This document shows, piece by piece, positions 1-15,930 of a stretch of DNA of 64,000 nucleotides. Source of the DNA: Octopus vulgaris (lineage: Eukaryota); contig OX597816.1 in the NCBI GenBank assembly GCA_951406725.2, forward strand, positions 72,602,001 to 72,666,000, read 5' to 3'. Position numbers and translations under genes: made by a program. The notes beneath the pieces are model-generated. The model was not told where the DNA came from and did no database searches. It saw only the letters and a list, made by a program, of their open reading frames with translations. Numbering within the stretch: the stretch's first letter is position 1; every line of letters begins with the position of its first letter.

Positions 1-348
1 GATTACATCGACCCCAGTGCGTGACTAGTACTTAATTTATCGACCCCGAAAAGACGAAAGGCAAAGTCAACCTCGGCGGAATTTGAACTTAGAACGTAAC
101 GGCAGACGAAATACTTATTTCTTTACTACCCACAAGGGGCTAAACACAGAGGGAACAAACAAGGACAGACAAACGGATTAAGTCGATTACATCGACCCCA
201 GTGCGTAACTAGTACTTAATTTATCGACCCCGAAAGGATGAAAGGCAAAGTCGACCTCGGCGGAATTTGAACTCAGAACATAACGGCAGACGAAATACGG
301 CTACGCATTTCGCCCGGCGTGCTAACGTTTCTGCCAGCTTGCCGCCTT
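1..348 (-). mobile_element. SINE family B (tRNA-like head, Meta-like core, L1/Tx1-like tail), dimeric copy cut by the window edge
   Basis: Minus strand: GGCGGCAAGCTGGCAGAAACGTTAGC...GAGTTCAAATTCC (B box)...GACTTTGCCTTTCATCCTTTCGGGGTCGATAAA...GTTTAGCCCCTTGTGGGTAGTAAAGAAATA, then a second unit restarting at (A/G)GTATTTCGTCTGCC. Many homologous copies in the window. Confidence 0.85.
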
Positions 349-1139
349 ATATAACAAGTGATATTACGGAGTATATTAGTTGCTTAACCACTCCACTGGA
401 AGCGGTCTGGACTATAGTTGTTAGTTTGAAGCTCTAAACTAACAGTGGCATTCGTACATAGAAGATATGTACATAGAATGCCACTGTACATAGAAGATAT
501 ACTGTAACTGTATGTATACTGATGTGCGAGCGCTTGTGTGTGTATGTATATATGTATGCGTGTGTGTCTGCGTTTGTAATTTGATAGCTTCTATGAGCAA
601 TAAATTCTCAAGCTGGCTTGCATCTAGTAAAACTTAAAAAGCAAATATGTCAAACTTAAGCTTGCTATTTATTGCGGCATTACCTGACTGACGAAATTTC
701 CAGAAACCTGTGTCCGCGTTGACTAAATTTCAGATAATTTGTACTCTGTTAATCAAAATATCCACTGCTCATTTTGATGTACAATAAAGAGGAGTGAGCA
801 TCTTAATCTAGCTTTAATCAGTAACTGCACACTTGCAATGACAATCACAGAACACTGCCAAAGCGATCCAATAAAATACGTCCAGTCACTTACTCGTTCA
901 ATAACTCCCACATACACCCGTCCACACACACATACACATATATGCACACATACACACACATACATACATATTCACAAAAATAGACACATATATATGGGCA
1001 TGCATATATGACCAATGAGCCAGAATTTTCGGTTTCACATTAAATTTTTCATTTCCCAGCAAAAGGAGAAAAGGCCCACGCCAAACTCGTCTAAGAGCAC
1101 GCAGCAAAGTAAAAACGAAAACGAAAGCAAATAATTTCA

Positions 1140-3960
<2,821 letters not shown>

Positions 3961-4373
3961 CACATACACACAGTTAAACCATATCCTCAAAACACATTTA
4001 GACAATTGTGAATTGCAACAAAGCCTAACAAATAACCATGAAATACAAACATTCTCTTTGGAAGCTCGGGTTCCCACAACGATATTGTCTAACATATGAC
4101 TTTCATAGTTAAGAAATAACTGTCACTATTACAACCCAGTCAAACTACACAGGAAATACAGAGGCACAACATAACCATAACACAATATATACGGTATGTA
4201 TATGTCTATACATACCGAGTCATAATACCTTTATGATCTTCTGAGATAATATACGAAGTACTGTTACATATTCAAAACGTGACCCCTCAAATCCGTTACT
4301 GCGTTCTGATAAAAACTCACAGGCCATCTCACGGTGGAGGCGTCATAGATTTCATAAAACCATGCAACCAGTA

Positions 4374-4666
4374 TTCATTTCATTTCATTTTTCATTTCAT
4401 TTCATCTAGTTTCAGCTCACGAGCTGTGGCCATGCTGCGGCACCGCCATTCGGTGTTGCTACATGATTTTACTTCACGAATGCTTTATAGCAATTGACAT
4501 TTGGTGTATGAGAGAGTTTGATGCAGCTACCCTCATCTACACCTCATGCCGGGAAGTTGGTTCATCTGGGACACCTGACAGGAAGAGGTCCAGCTTTATT
4601 TTGAAGATATCTGCATCCACCCCATGCAGGTCTCTCAAGTCCTTCGGGAGGATATTGAAGAGCTGT
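4374..4666 (-). mobile_element. 3' end of a CR1/L2-group LINE (ORF2 C-terminus, 3'UTR, (GAAAT)n tail)
   Basis: Minus-strand translation QLFNILPKDLRDLHGVDADIFKIKLDLFLSGVPDEPTSRHEV*MRVAASNSLIHQ resembles the LFN.LP...FK.KLD.FL..VPDEP end of CR1/L2-group ORF2. It ends in GGCGGTGCCGCAGCATGGCCACAGCTCGTGAGCTGAAACTAGAT plus a short tandem tail. Clade call is by eye. Confidence 0.7.
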
Positions 4667-4836
4667 ATGTAGATATAGTATGTAGATAGCTAAAATTGCA
4701 TTTGTTAATTAATTATTATCTATCATTAATAATAGGCGCAGAGCTGACAGTCGTTTTTCTACTACAATAGCTTTTATCAGCACGACAATCGTCGGATCTC
4801 ATCTCCAGTTTACAACAAAGCAAAATCATATGTAAA

Positions 4837-5040
4837 AGCAATTCCATTAGTTTTCCAGCAAGGCTCAGAGTCTACAAGTCCTTAGTGACTTCGATCCTTC
4901 TGCATGGGTGTGAGAACTGGATTCTTACAGCTGACATGGAAAGAAGAATTCAGGCATTTGAGCACAAGTCCTTAAGATGGCTATTACACATCTCATAAGC
5001 AAAGCACAAAACGAACAGGTTTGTCAGGCAGCAAGTAAAC
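4837..5040 (+). mobile_element. RTE-clade LINE fragment (region after the RT domain)
   Basis: Translates SNSISFPARLRVYKSLVTSILLHGCENWILTADMERRIQAFEHKSLRWLLHIS*AKHKTN, matching the RTE pattern LYKSLV.SILLYGCE.W...ERRIQAFE.KCLR. Confidence 0.8.
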
Positions 5041-5197
5041 AAATACTTGTTTTTAAAATATATATATAAAGCGCATAGACAGAGTCTGAAAGATTGCTTG
5101 GAGATACCTGATGGATTTTATAAATATGCCTAGTTAAAATATCATAAAGGTACGAAACAATTAGTAGCTCTTTTGGTTAAGCATTACACACACACAT

Positions 5198-5234
<37 letters not shown>

Positions 5235-5410
5235 CAGATACATATATGCACAGAAACATATATATGCATATACACATATACATATATATATATAGATATA
5301 TATATATACATACACACAGATTATATATATATATATATATATATATAGATATATATATATATATACATACACACACATATATATATATACATACAAATAT
5401 ATACACACAG

Positions 5411-5467
<57 letters not shown>

Positions 5468-5471
<4 letters not shown>

Positions 5472-5705
5472 GTTGGTGCATACTTATTGCGAATTTTTTT
5501 CAACAAATTTTATTCAACAAAAACTATAACAATATTTAATAAAAACATCTTTAAATGACGGTCTGACCGTCTGCCAAGCAAATGGGAAGCAGTAATTGAA
5601 GTAGAATAATCATTTAAAGATATTTTTGTTGCATGTTGTTAGTTTTTGTTGAATAAAATTTGTTGAAAAAACAAAACCGCAATAATTATGCCCCAACCCA
5701 CCTAA
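5468..5705 (+). mobile_element. Mariner-derived MITE in (TA)n
   Basis: Long imperfect TIRs (about 90 bp): TTGGGTTGGTGCATACTTATTGCG... and ...CGCAATAATTATGCCCCAACCCA, similar to mariner termini TTAGGTTGGTGCA. The centre (GACCGTCTGCCAAGCAAATGGGAAGCAGTAATTGAA) encodes DRLPSKWEAVIE, a mariner C-terminal remnant. Confidence 0.8.
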
Positions 5706-5716
5706 TATATATATAT

Positions 5717-5874
5717 GAGTGGCTGTGTGGTAAGTAGCTTGCTAACCAACCACATGGTTCCGGGTTCAGTCCCACTGCGTGGCATCTTGGGCAAGTGTCT
5801 TCTGCTATAGCCCCGGGCCGACCAATGCCTTGTGAGTGGATTTGGTAGACGGAAACTGAAAGAAGCTTGTCGTA

Positions 5875-5972
<98 letters not shown>

Positions 5973-6150
5973 TGTGTCTGTGTTTGTCCCCCTAGCATTG
6001 CTTGACAACCGATGCTGGTGTGTTTACGTCCCCGTCACTTAGCGGTTCGGCAAAAGAGACCGATAGAATAAGTACTGGGCTTACAAAGAATAAGTCCCGG
6101 GGTCGATTTGCTCGACTAAAGGCGGTGCTCCAGCATGGCCGCAGTCAAAT
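5717..6150 (+). mobile_element. SINE family A (tRNA-derived, CORE-like, internal (TA)n(TG)n)
   Basis: A box TGGCTGTGTGG, B-box-like GGTTCAGTCCC, CORE-like CTTGGGCAAGTG, internal microsatellite, tail GGCGGTGCTCCAGCATGGCCGCAGTC. Nearly identical to 32004-32405. Confidence 0.9.
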
Positions 6151-6579
6151 TACATGGAAAATGCGAGCAAGAGAAATAATATTCTTAAGATTATAAACCT
6201 GGGAAAGTATAGGACAAGCTATTACATCTGGTAAAGTACAGGACAAGAAAATATTTACTTAAAATATTGCAGCTAAAGATAAAATTTCAAATAAAATATT
6301 TAGATTTAGAAAATATTAGCTTTTATTAAAACTAAAAATTTTATTACAATTTATTACTTTTATTTGTCATTACTTGTTACTTCTATTAAGAATAAAAAAA
6401 TAATTAAAATATTTTATCCTTAGCTGCAATATTTTAAGTAAAAATTTTCTTGTTCTGTACTTTACCAGATGTAACAACTTGTCCTGGACTTTTCCAAGTG
6501 AAATAACTTGTTCTGTACTTTTCCAGGTTTATAATCTTAAGAATATTATTTCTCTTGTTCGCATTTTTCCATGTAACCC
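6150..6579. mobile_element. Fold-back MITE with about 140-bp TIRs
   Basis: TTACATGGAAAATGCGAGCAAGAGAAATAATATTCTTAAGATTATAAACCTGG... is mirrored by ...CCAGGTTTATAATCTTAAGAATATTATTTCTCTTGTTCGCATTTTTCCATGTAA. Arms carry AAAGTACAGGACAAG-type subrepeats. Confidence 0.75.
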
Positions 6580-7299
6580 ATGTTTTTTGCAGGTTATGCT
6601 ATTATGCTAATTAATGTGTCAATTAGCGGTATCGTTGGTAATTTTTTCCTTATCTCAATCATGCCAGTGACATGATTAAAAGCCCTTTTATAGGACTATA
6701 TTCATAAAAAAGTATAGAACTATATTATGAGCCACACATTTTAGAAACAAACACTCTTATCTTTTCTCTTTCAAAGCTTCATTGCATGAGATTAATACCA
6801 GGAAATTCCTCGAATTGCGTTCTATCATTTAAGATTTAAAATATAGTTTGTTTTTAAAATATAAAAAAAATTATTATATTTAAATTCAATTTTTTGCCTT
6901 ATATTTTTCATGATATTTTATCTCACTACTTTTTTGGTACAAATTTTTGTTGCATGGGATCAAAGCTATGAAATTCTTCACGCTTTCTTCTATCATTGAA
7001 GCTATGATAAATATATTTTGCTTATAAAATTAAAAAAAAGTTATTTAGATCTAAAGTTGATTGGTGGCGTTACTTTCTCTCCTATAACGTCGCTACAAAT
7101 TTTGATGTAAACTTTTTTCTACTGGACCAAATCACAATTTCTTATGCCAAAATATGGCTAGGGACCAGCCCTCTTCAAAAATATTAACAGTTTTCCATTT
7201 GGTTAAGAACTGAATTAGCGAGAAGCTCTAACAGACGCCGCGTGTGGGTAAATTGCGGCCTTAAGAATATTTTTCAACTACTACCGTAATTGAATGATA

Positions 7300-7620
7300 T
7301 GACCCCTCTTCATTCACGAATGACAATGAGATTGCACCAAGAAAGTTCCCTCTCAAAGCACAAGTCCATGCAAGATAGTTTGAGGAAGACCAGTAGTCGC
7401 CCATGTGTACCAGTTTCCGCTCTCCACACCACCGATGTTATTCAAGGGAAAGGCAAAGCTCGATACAGCTTGGTGCCAGTGACGTCGCAACTCCTTTCTA
7501 CAGCTGAGTGAACTGGAGCAACAGGAAATAAAGTGTCTTGCTCAATAACACAAAACGTAGTCCCATCCGGGAATCGTACTCAAAACCTTATGATTGTAGG
7601 CCCAACGCTCTAACCAGTAA
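7300..7620 (-). mobile_element. SINE family D (tRNA-derived), older copy
   Basis: Minus strand TGGTTAGAGCG...TTGAGCAAGACACTTTATTTC...CACTCAGCTGTAGAAA...GCCTTTCCCTTG. Homologous to 46380-46678 and 56965-57142. Confidence 0.75.
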
Positions 7621-7824
7621 GCTATATATATATATATATATATTTATCTTCTTTATCTCTTCATGAATCTTGAACAAAATCGAAATGAAATGCATAGAAA
7701 TACAAAAGTCATGCTGGTATTTCTGTTAGTACAATGGAGGGAATTCCATAATTGCATATCTTTGCATCATTATATGTGAGTGCGTTTGTATCTATCTCTC
7801 ACTTTCTCCTTCTCTCTCTCTCTC

Positions 7825-7873
<49 letters not shown>

Positions 7874-8159
7874 GTAAAATACATTCACACACACACACAT
7901 ACACAAATATATACAGTCACAGACTCTTACATTTACAGTATGTCTATAGGTGTACATGTGTTCGCGCGCATGTGCGTGTACTATTTAATACGCAATAACA
8001 TTAACACTAACACAGAATTCCATTGATTTCGGAAACAGTTTTTGTTTTCAGTTGTTATTTCATTTATATTTCGTTTTTAAATTTTGTCTTTATTTTTATT
8101 CATTTTTCTATCATTTTTCTTTTTTCCTTCTAATGCATTTCGCTTTGGGTGAAATTACA

Positions 8160-8740
<581 letters not shown>

Positions 8741-9184
8741 GTAGTGAACGGCAGGTTGAATTCGTGTTCGTTTTTTCATTTTCTCCCACCTCCCGGTCAG
8801 TAGATTAACTGAAATTATTCATCTGGTTGGAAGTCAGTTAAAGAAGAACAAGGGGAAAAAAATGAGAAAAGATGTGGAAAAAAGAATGAGAAAAGAGAAG
8901 AGAACAAGTCTGAGAAAGAAGAGTTAATACCTAAAGCACAGGAGGCAAGAAGCTAGCGCTAAGTTCGAAAAAATAAATATAGACAAAAAAATAATACGCT
9001 ATAATATAACAAATTACTATGCGGAAACAGGAATAGAAAGTAGATAAACAAATGGGAAGAAGAAAAAGAAATAAAGGGCAGAACATAATGAAGATAATAG
9101 TAAAACGATTGCAGCGGAGAAACGAAATGAAAACAACGGTTGTGATGAAGTAAAGTAACAATGAATACGATTTAACTGCTCAGA

Positions 9185-9552
9185 GGTCCAATCACGTGAC
9201 AGCCTCAGGGCTGAATAAAAATAATATAAAAAAAGACCTTGTCTTATTGGTTATTATAGACGGCACTTTCTCGATTTTATTTTTTCTTTTTGTTTTTGTT
9301 TTGTTTTGTTTTGTTTTATTCGTGCTTCTCTTTTTGACCTTCTACCTCCCACTTCATCATCTCTGACCCAGCTATTTCATCCGACTCCTACGCTTCTTCC
9401 TCCTCCTCCTTCTCCTTCTCCTCCTACCTCTCTCACAATCACGGCACCATCAACGATCCAACTCCACGCTCTCTTTCTTCGCCGCCATTTTCTGGATGCT
9501 GACGGCGTTTCTTTTATGCGATAGGGAATTAGCAATACAGAAAATGGCGCTG
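9185..9552. promoter_or_regulatory. Promoter-like island: CCAAT + E-box, inverted CCAAT, two YY1-type motifs
   Basis: CCAATCACGTGAC at 9188-9200, ATTGG at 9246-9250, GCCGCCATTTT at 9481-9491 and AAAATGGCG at 9541-9549, all in non-repetitive sequence. Confidence 0.3.
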
Positions 9553-10649
9553 TTTTTAAGCCTCGTTCAATTATATAGATATGTATCTTTTCCTGCAGTT
9601 CTGTCTCTCCGCCCGTCTGTTCAGCGAGTGATCCACACTGGTTACAAATTCTGTCCTTTCTTTTCTTTTTCTTGTATGTCCCTTTGTTTCATTTGTCTTT
9701 ATTTTTGCACTGTCTGTCTGTCTGCCTGCCTTCCTGCCTGTGTGGTTGTCTGTTTCTCTGTCTGTGTGTCTGTTTGTCCGTTACTTTATCTATATGTATA
9801 TCTATGAAAGCATTTTTTTTTTCCTGCTAGCACGTCCAGCCGTTTCTCCTCTATGCTTTGTTCTATTCTGTTCCTGTTACCGATCTGATTGCATATACAC
9901 ACACAGAAACAACACATACATACGCACACATATAAATTCACACACACACAAAGTTAGTGTCGTGTCAAAATGAACATCTACAGCATATATATGCATGAAT
10001 ATATATATATATATGTATGTATGATGGGGTTACGATTAAAAATTTCCCTCCCAGCGCAATATTTTTCTGCCTCAAAGAATGCTTGCTTCTTCGTAATAAA
10101 TATCATTTGAGTGTGCGTGTGCGACTCCTTGCAGCCAAGTTTTCCGTTATTCTATTTCATGGAGATTAAAGATGAAATCTAAATTTGAGAATATTGTTCC
10201 ATTTCTTCTTTTCGAATTTAATTTAAGTACGAGGCAGCTGTTAGGAGGAGAGAAAAAAACAACAAAAACAGTCGATGTCATTGAACGCCCGTTCTGTGGT
10301 TATTTGTTTTAGCAAAAGCTGGATGGATGAAAGGTAAAGTTTGCCTCGGTGGGACGTGAACTCGAAACGTAACATTTCGGTGAGAATACCGCAACGAGTT
10401 TTTGTTTCCGACGCGCTAACGATCCTGCTACCTCGCTGTCCTCACTTATTTTTTGCGTGTAAATAAATTCGTGAAAACCTATAACACGAATAAAAGATAA
10501 TATCTGTACTTTTATGTTAGAAATCATTATAGCTTGCCTTGATAGAAATATTTTGAAATGTCAGGTTCTTCTTTTTTGTTCTTTATGAGATTTCAAAAGT
10601 GCTTTGGTAATATTTCTGTGTAATATATGTGTGTGTGTGTGTGTGGACG

Positions 10650-11092
10650 ACGGCCATGCTGGAGCACCGCCTTTAGTTGAACAAATCGACCCCAGGACTT
10701 ATTCGTTGTAAGCAGGGTACTTATTGTGTCGGTATATTTTTGCCGAACTGTTAAGTTACAGGGATGTAAACAGACCAACATCGGTTGCCAAGCGATGGTG
10801 GGGTACAAACACAGACACACACACACACACACACACAAATATATATATATATATGTATACGACGGACTCCTTTCATTTTCCTATTTCTTTATTGCCCACA
10901 AGGGGCTAAACATAGAGGGGACAAACAAGGGCAAATAAGCTTCTTTCAGTTTCTACCAAATCCACTCACAAGGCTTTGGTCAGCCCGAAGCTATAATAGA
11001 AAACACTTGTACAAGGTGCACGCAGTAGAACTGAACCTGGATCAATGTGGGTGGGAAGCAAACTTCTTACCACACAGCCATGCCTGTACCTA
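10650..11092 (-). mobile_element. SINE family A, interrupted by a family-B tail fragment (10882-10939)
   Basis: Reverse complement of the family A pattern. The insert is bounded by an imperfect 15-bp duplication, CTCCTTTCATTTTCC / CTTCTTTCAGTTTCT. Confidence 0.85.
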
Positions 11093-11120
11093 TATTATAT
11101 ATGCACATAAATACATATAT

Positions 11121-11268
11121 GCATGGGCGTGGCTGTGTGGTAAGAAGTTTGCTTCCCAACAACATGGTTCGGGGTTCAATCCCACTGCTTGGCACCTTAG
11201 GACACTGTCTTCTACTAAAGCCTCGGGCCGACCAAATCCTCGTTAGTGGACTTGGTAGACGGAAACTG

Positions 11269-11308
<40 letters not shown>

Positions 11309-11530
11309 TATATTATATTTATGTGTCTTTGTGTCTGTTTTTGCCTCCATCCCCACCATTACCGCTTGACAACCGGTGTTGGTATGTTTATGTCCCCGTA
11401 ACCTAGCGGTTCAGCAATAAAGGACGGATAGGCTTTAAAAAAATACCTGGGGTCGATTTGTTCGACCGAGACCCCATCAAGGCGATGCTCCAGCATGGCC
11501 GCAGTCATTTAACTGAAACAAGTAAAAGAA
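11121..11530 (+). mobile_element. SINE family A
   Basis: GGCGTGGCTGTGTGGTAAGAAG...GGTAGACGGAAACTGAAA-(TA)n-...GCTCCAGCATGGCCGCAGTCATTTAACTGAAACAAGTAAAAGA. Confidence 0.85.
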
Positions 11531-11545
11531 ATTAAAATATGTATA

Positions 11546-11672
11546 TTGATTGATTGATTGATTGATTGATTCTAGTTTCAGCTCATGAGCTGTGGCCATG
11601 CTGGGGCACCGCCATTTGGTGTTGCTACATGGTTTTACTTCACGAAAGCTTTTTTGCAGCTGCCATTTGGTG
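11546..11672 (-). mobile_element. Second short 3' fragment of the CR1/L2-group LINE, with an (ATCA)n tail
   Basis: TCTAGTTTCAGCTCATGAGCTGTGGCCATGCTGGGGCACCGCCATTTGGTGTTGCTACATG is nearly identical to 4405-4465. Confidence 0.75.
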
Positions 11673-12015
11673 CATATGTATATGCTAATAAGAAATTTAA
11701 AAACCGTAACAGGAATTTCACTCTTCATATAAAATCCACGCGCTTTCGAGAGCCAACTGGATACAAATAGAAATTCCTATATTCCTGGGAATGCGTCCAG
11801 TTGGCTCACAGAAACATGCATATATTATATACCGCTTAAAAATACCAATTACGTTTTCTGCGTTTCTTATTACAATATAACGTGACTCGAACCCCTGACG
11901 CTAGCTTGTGTCGCGATACGATAGTTAGTTTCATACCGCATAGAACGTAAAGAGTGGTGTGTAGAGCTGATTACCGAGCCCAAGTATCGTGGTTTCCAAT
12001 CCAGTTTTAATTATA

Positions 12016-12780
12016 TAGGCGCAGGCGTGTCTGTGTAGTAAGAAGCTTGCGGCGAGCTGGCAGAATCGTTAGCACGCCGGGCGAAATGCTTAGCGGTATT
12101 TCGTCTGCCGCTACGTTCTGAGTTCAAATTCCGCCGAGGTCGACTTTGCCTTTCATCCTTTCGGGGTCGATTGAATAAGTACCAGTTACGCACTGGGGTC
12201 GATATAATCGACTTAATACCTATGTCTGTCCTTGTTTGTCCCCTCTGTGTTTAGCCCCTTGTGGGTAATAAAGAAATAGGTATTTCGTCTGCCGCTACAT
12301 TCTGAGTTCAAATTCCGCAGAGGTCAACTTTGCCTTTCATCCTTTCGGGGTCGATTGAATAAGTACCAGTTACGCACTGGGGTCGATATAATCGACTTAA
12401 TCCGTTTGTCTGTCCTTGTTTGTCCCCTCTGTGTGTAGCCCCTTGTCGGCAGTAAAAAAATAAGAAGCTTGCTTCCCAACCACATTCGTTGTATTTTGGG
12501 CAAGTATTTTCTACTATAGCCTCGGGCCGACCAAATCTTTGTGAATATAATATCTCTGTGTGTGTATCTTTTTCTCTGCCCCCACGCCCACCGCTTGACG
12601 ATCGGTGTTGATTTGTATACGTTCCCATAACCTGACGGTTCGGCAAAAGAGACTGATAGAATAAGTACCAGGCTTTTAAAAAAAAGCTCTGGGGGCGATT
12701 TATTCGACTAAAACCATTCAAGGCGATACCCCAACATGGCTGCAGTCAAATTATTAAAACACGTCAAAGATACTAAAAGA
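12016..12780 (+). mobile_element. SINE family A host, split by the family-B dimer
   Basis: Head GGCGCAGGCGTGTCTGTGTAGTAAGAAGCTTGC ends at 12050. The element resumes at 12461 and runs to ...CCCAACATGGCTGCAGTCAAAT. Confidence 0.8.
12051..12460 (+). mobile_element. SINE family B dimer with 12-bp TSD
   Basis: TAAGAAGCTTGC at 12039-12050 and 12461-12472. Internal junction AAAGAAATA|GGTATTTCGTC at about 12279. Confidence 0.9.
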
Positions 12781-13909
12781 TATGTCTACGCATGAAGGTG
12801 GTGTGTGTGCGCATGCGTCCGAGTATGCTTTGTATAAATAAAGACAAAATATCTGCTGGCTAAATACATTTAGTAATGGAACGATTATCGAGAAAATAGC
12901 GTTTTTGGTTTTGTCTCGACCGTTAAAAATCATCACAACATAGAATGACAAATAACAGTAGCAGCGATGGTGGCGCTGTCCTTTAATATCGTTATTGTTT
13001 GTGTTGTTGTTAGTGTCTGTAATGTTGGCTGTGGTTTAAAACCTAGTATACGATATGCTGTTGACCCAATTGAGCAACGAAAAGCTTTTGGGTAAGAAAT
13101 TAGAGAATTCGTCGTCGGCCCAGCGTGGCGAACGTCTTTTGACTACGCCTGGTTTCACTTTACTTTCCATTATAAGATTAGCCGCGTTAAAATGGGTTAT
13201 ATACTATCATTAAATTGTTCGACTGTTTTGGTGGATGGATGGAAGGATGGTTGAATAGATGGCGGCGGGGGTTATTCGCCATGTTTTCCTTTCCTTTTTC
13301 ATGCTATACCTTATACCTACTTACTTTCCTAAATAAAACCAAACGTAACCCCAAGCACACATCACATTCACACATCTCCTAGCTCCAACACGGCCTCTAA
13401 CACACGGCCTCCTCCACCACCGCACACCACCAAATATCATATCATTTTTCAGACTATTTTGCTTCAGCCCCCACTAACACTATCGACATCAGCGCCACCA
13501 AACGACATAAAGAGGTAAACAAAATAGCTTAGCTTTATCGACATTTCATCGTTAAGCACTGAGTCGCTAGCAGTAAGAAAAAAAAAAAAAAACAAAAAAA
13601 AGCCAGTTTTCCAATATGGCACACTCCAGTGGAGAAATTTTGTATAACATTTATCGCTATACCTTTTTATCTTACAGGCATTTATTTATTCAGTGTTTCG
13701 CTCCTCTGTTTCCCTCGATCTTCTTCCTTTTTTTCGTCATATATCCATTTGATTTACTATTCACTTTTCATTTCTTTTCTTTCCACTCTTCTCTTCCTTA
13801 ACCTTTTATCTTATTATCCGAATACACAAGCATGCGCAGAAACTATCGAGAATGTTGCTTAAAGCGATATTGAGCTATTTCGGAATATACTTTGTTGTTA
13901 TGGTATGGG

Positions 13910-15930
<2,021 letters not shown>

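Noticed and set aside
688-716. CTGACGA...GAAAC...GTC hammerhead-like words
   Set aside because: No helix II or helix I pairing; chance match.
6580-7264. Kolobok/piggyBac-like MITE ending GGCC|TTAA
   Set aside because: Only one plausible terminus was seen; no matching TIR could be found.
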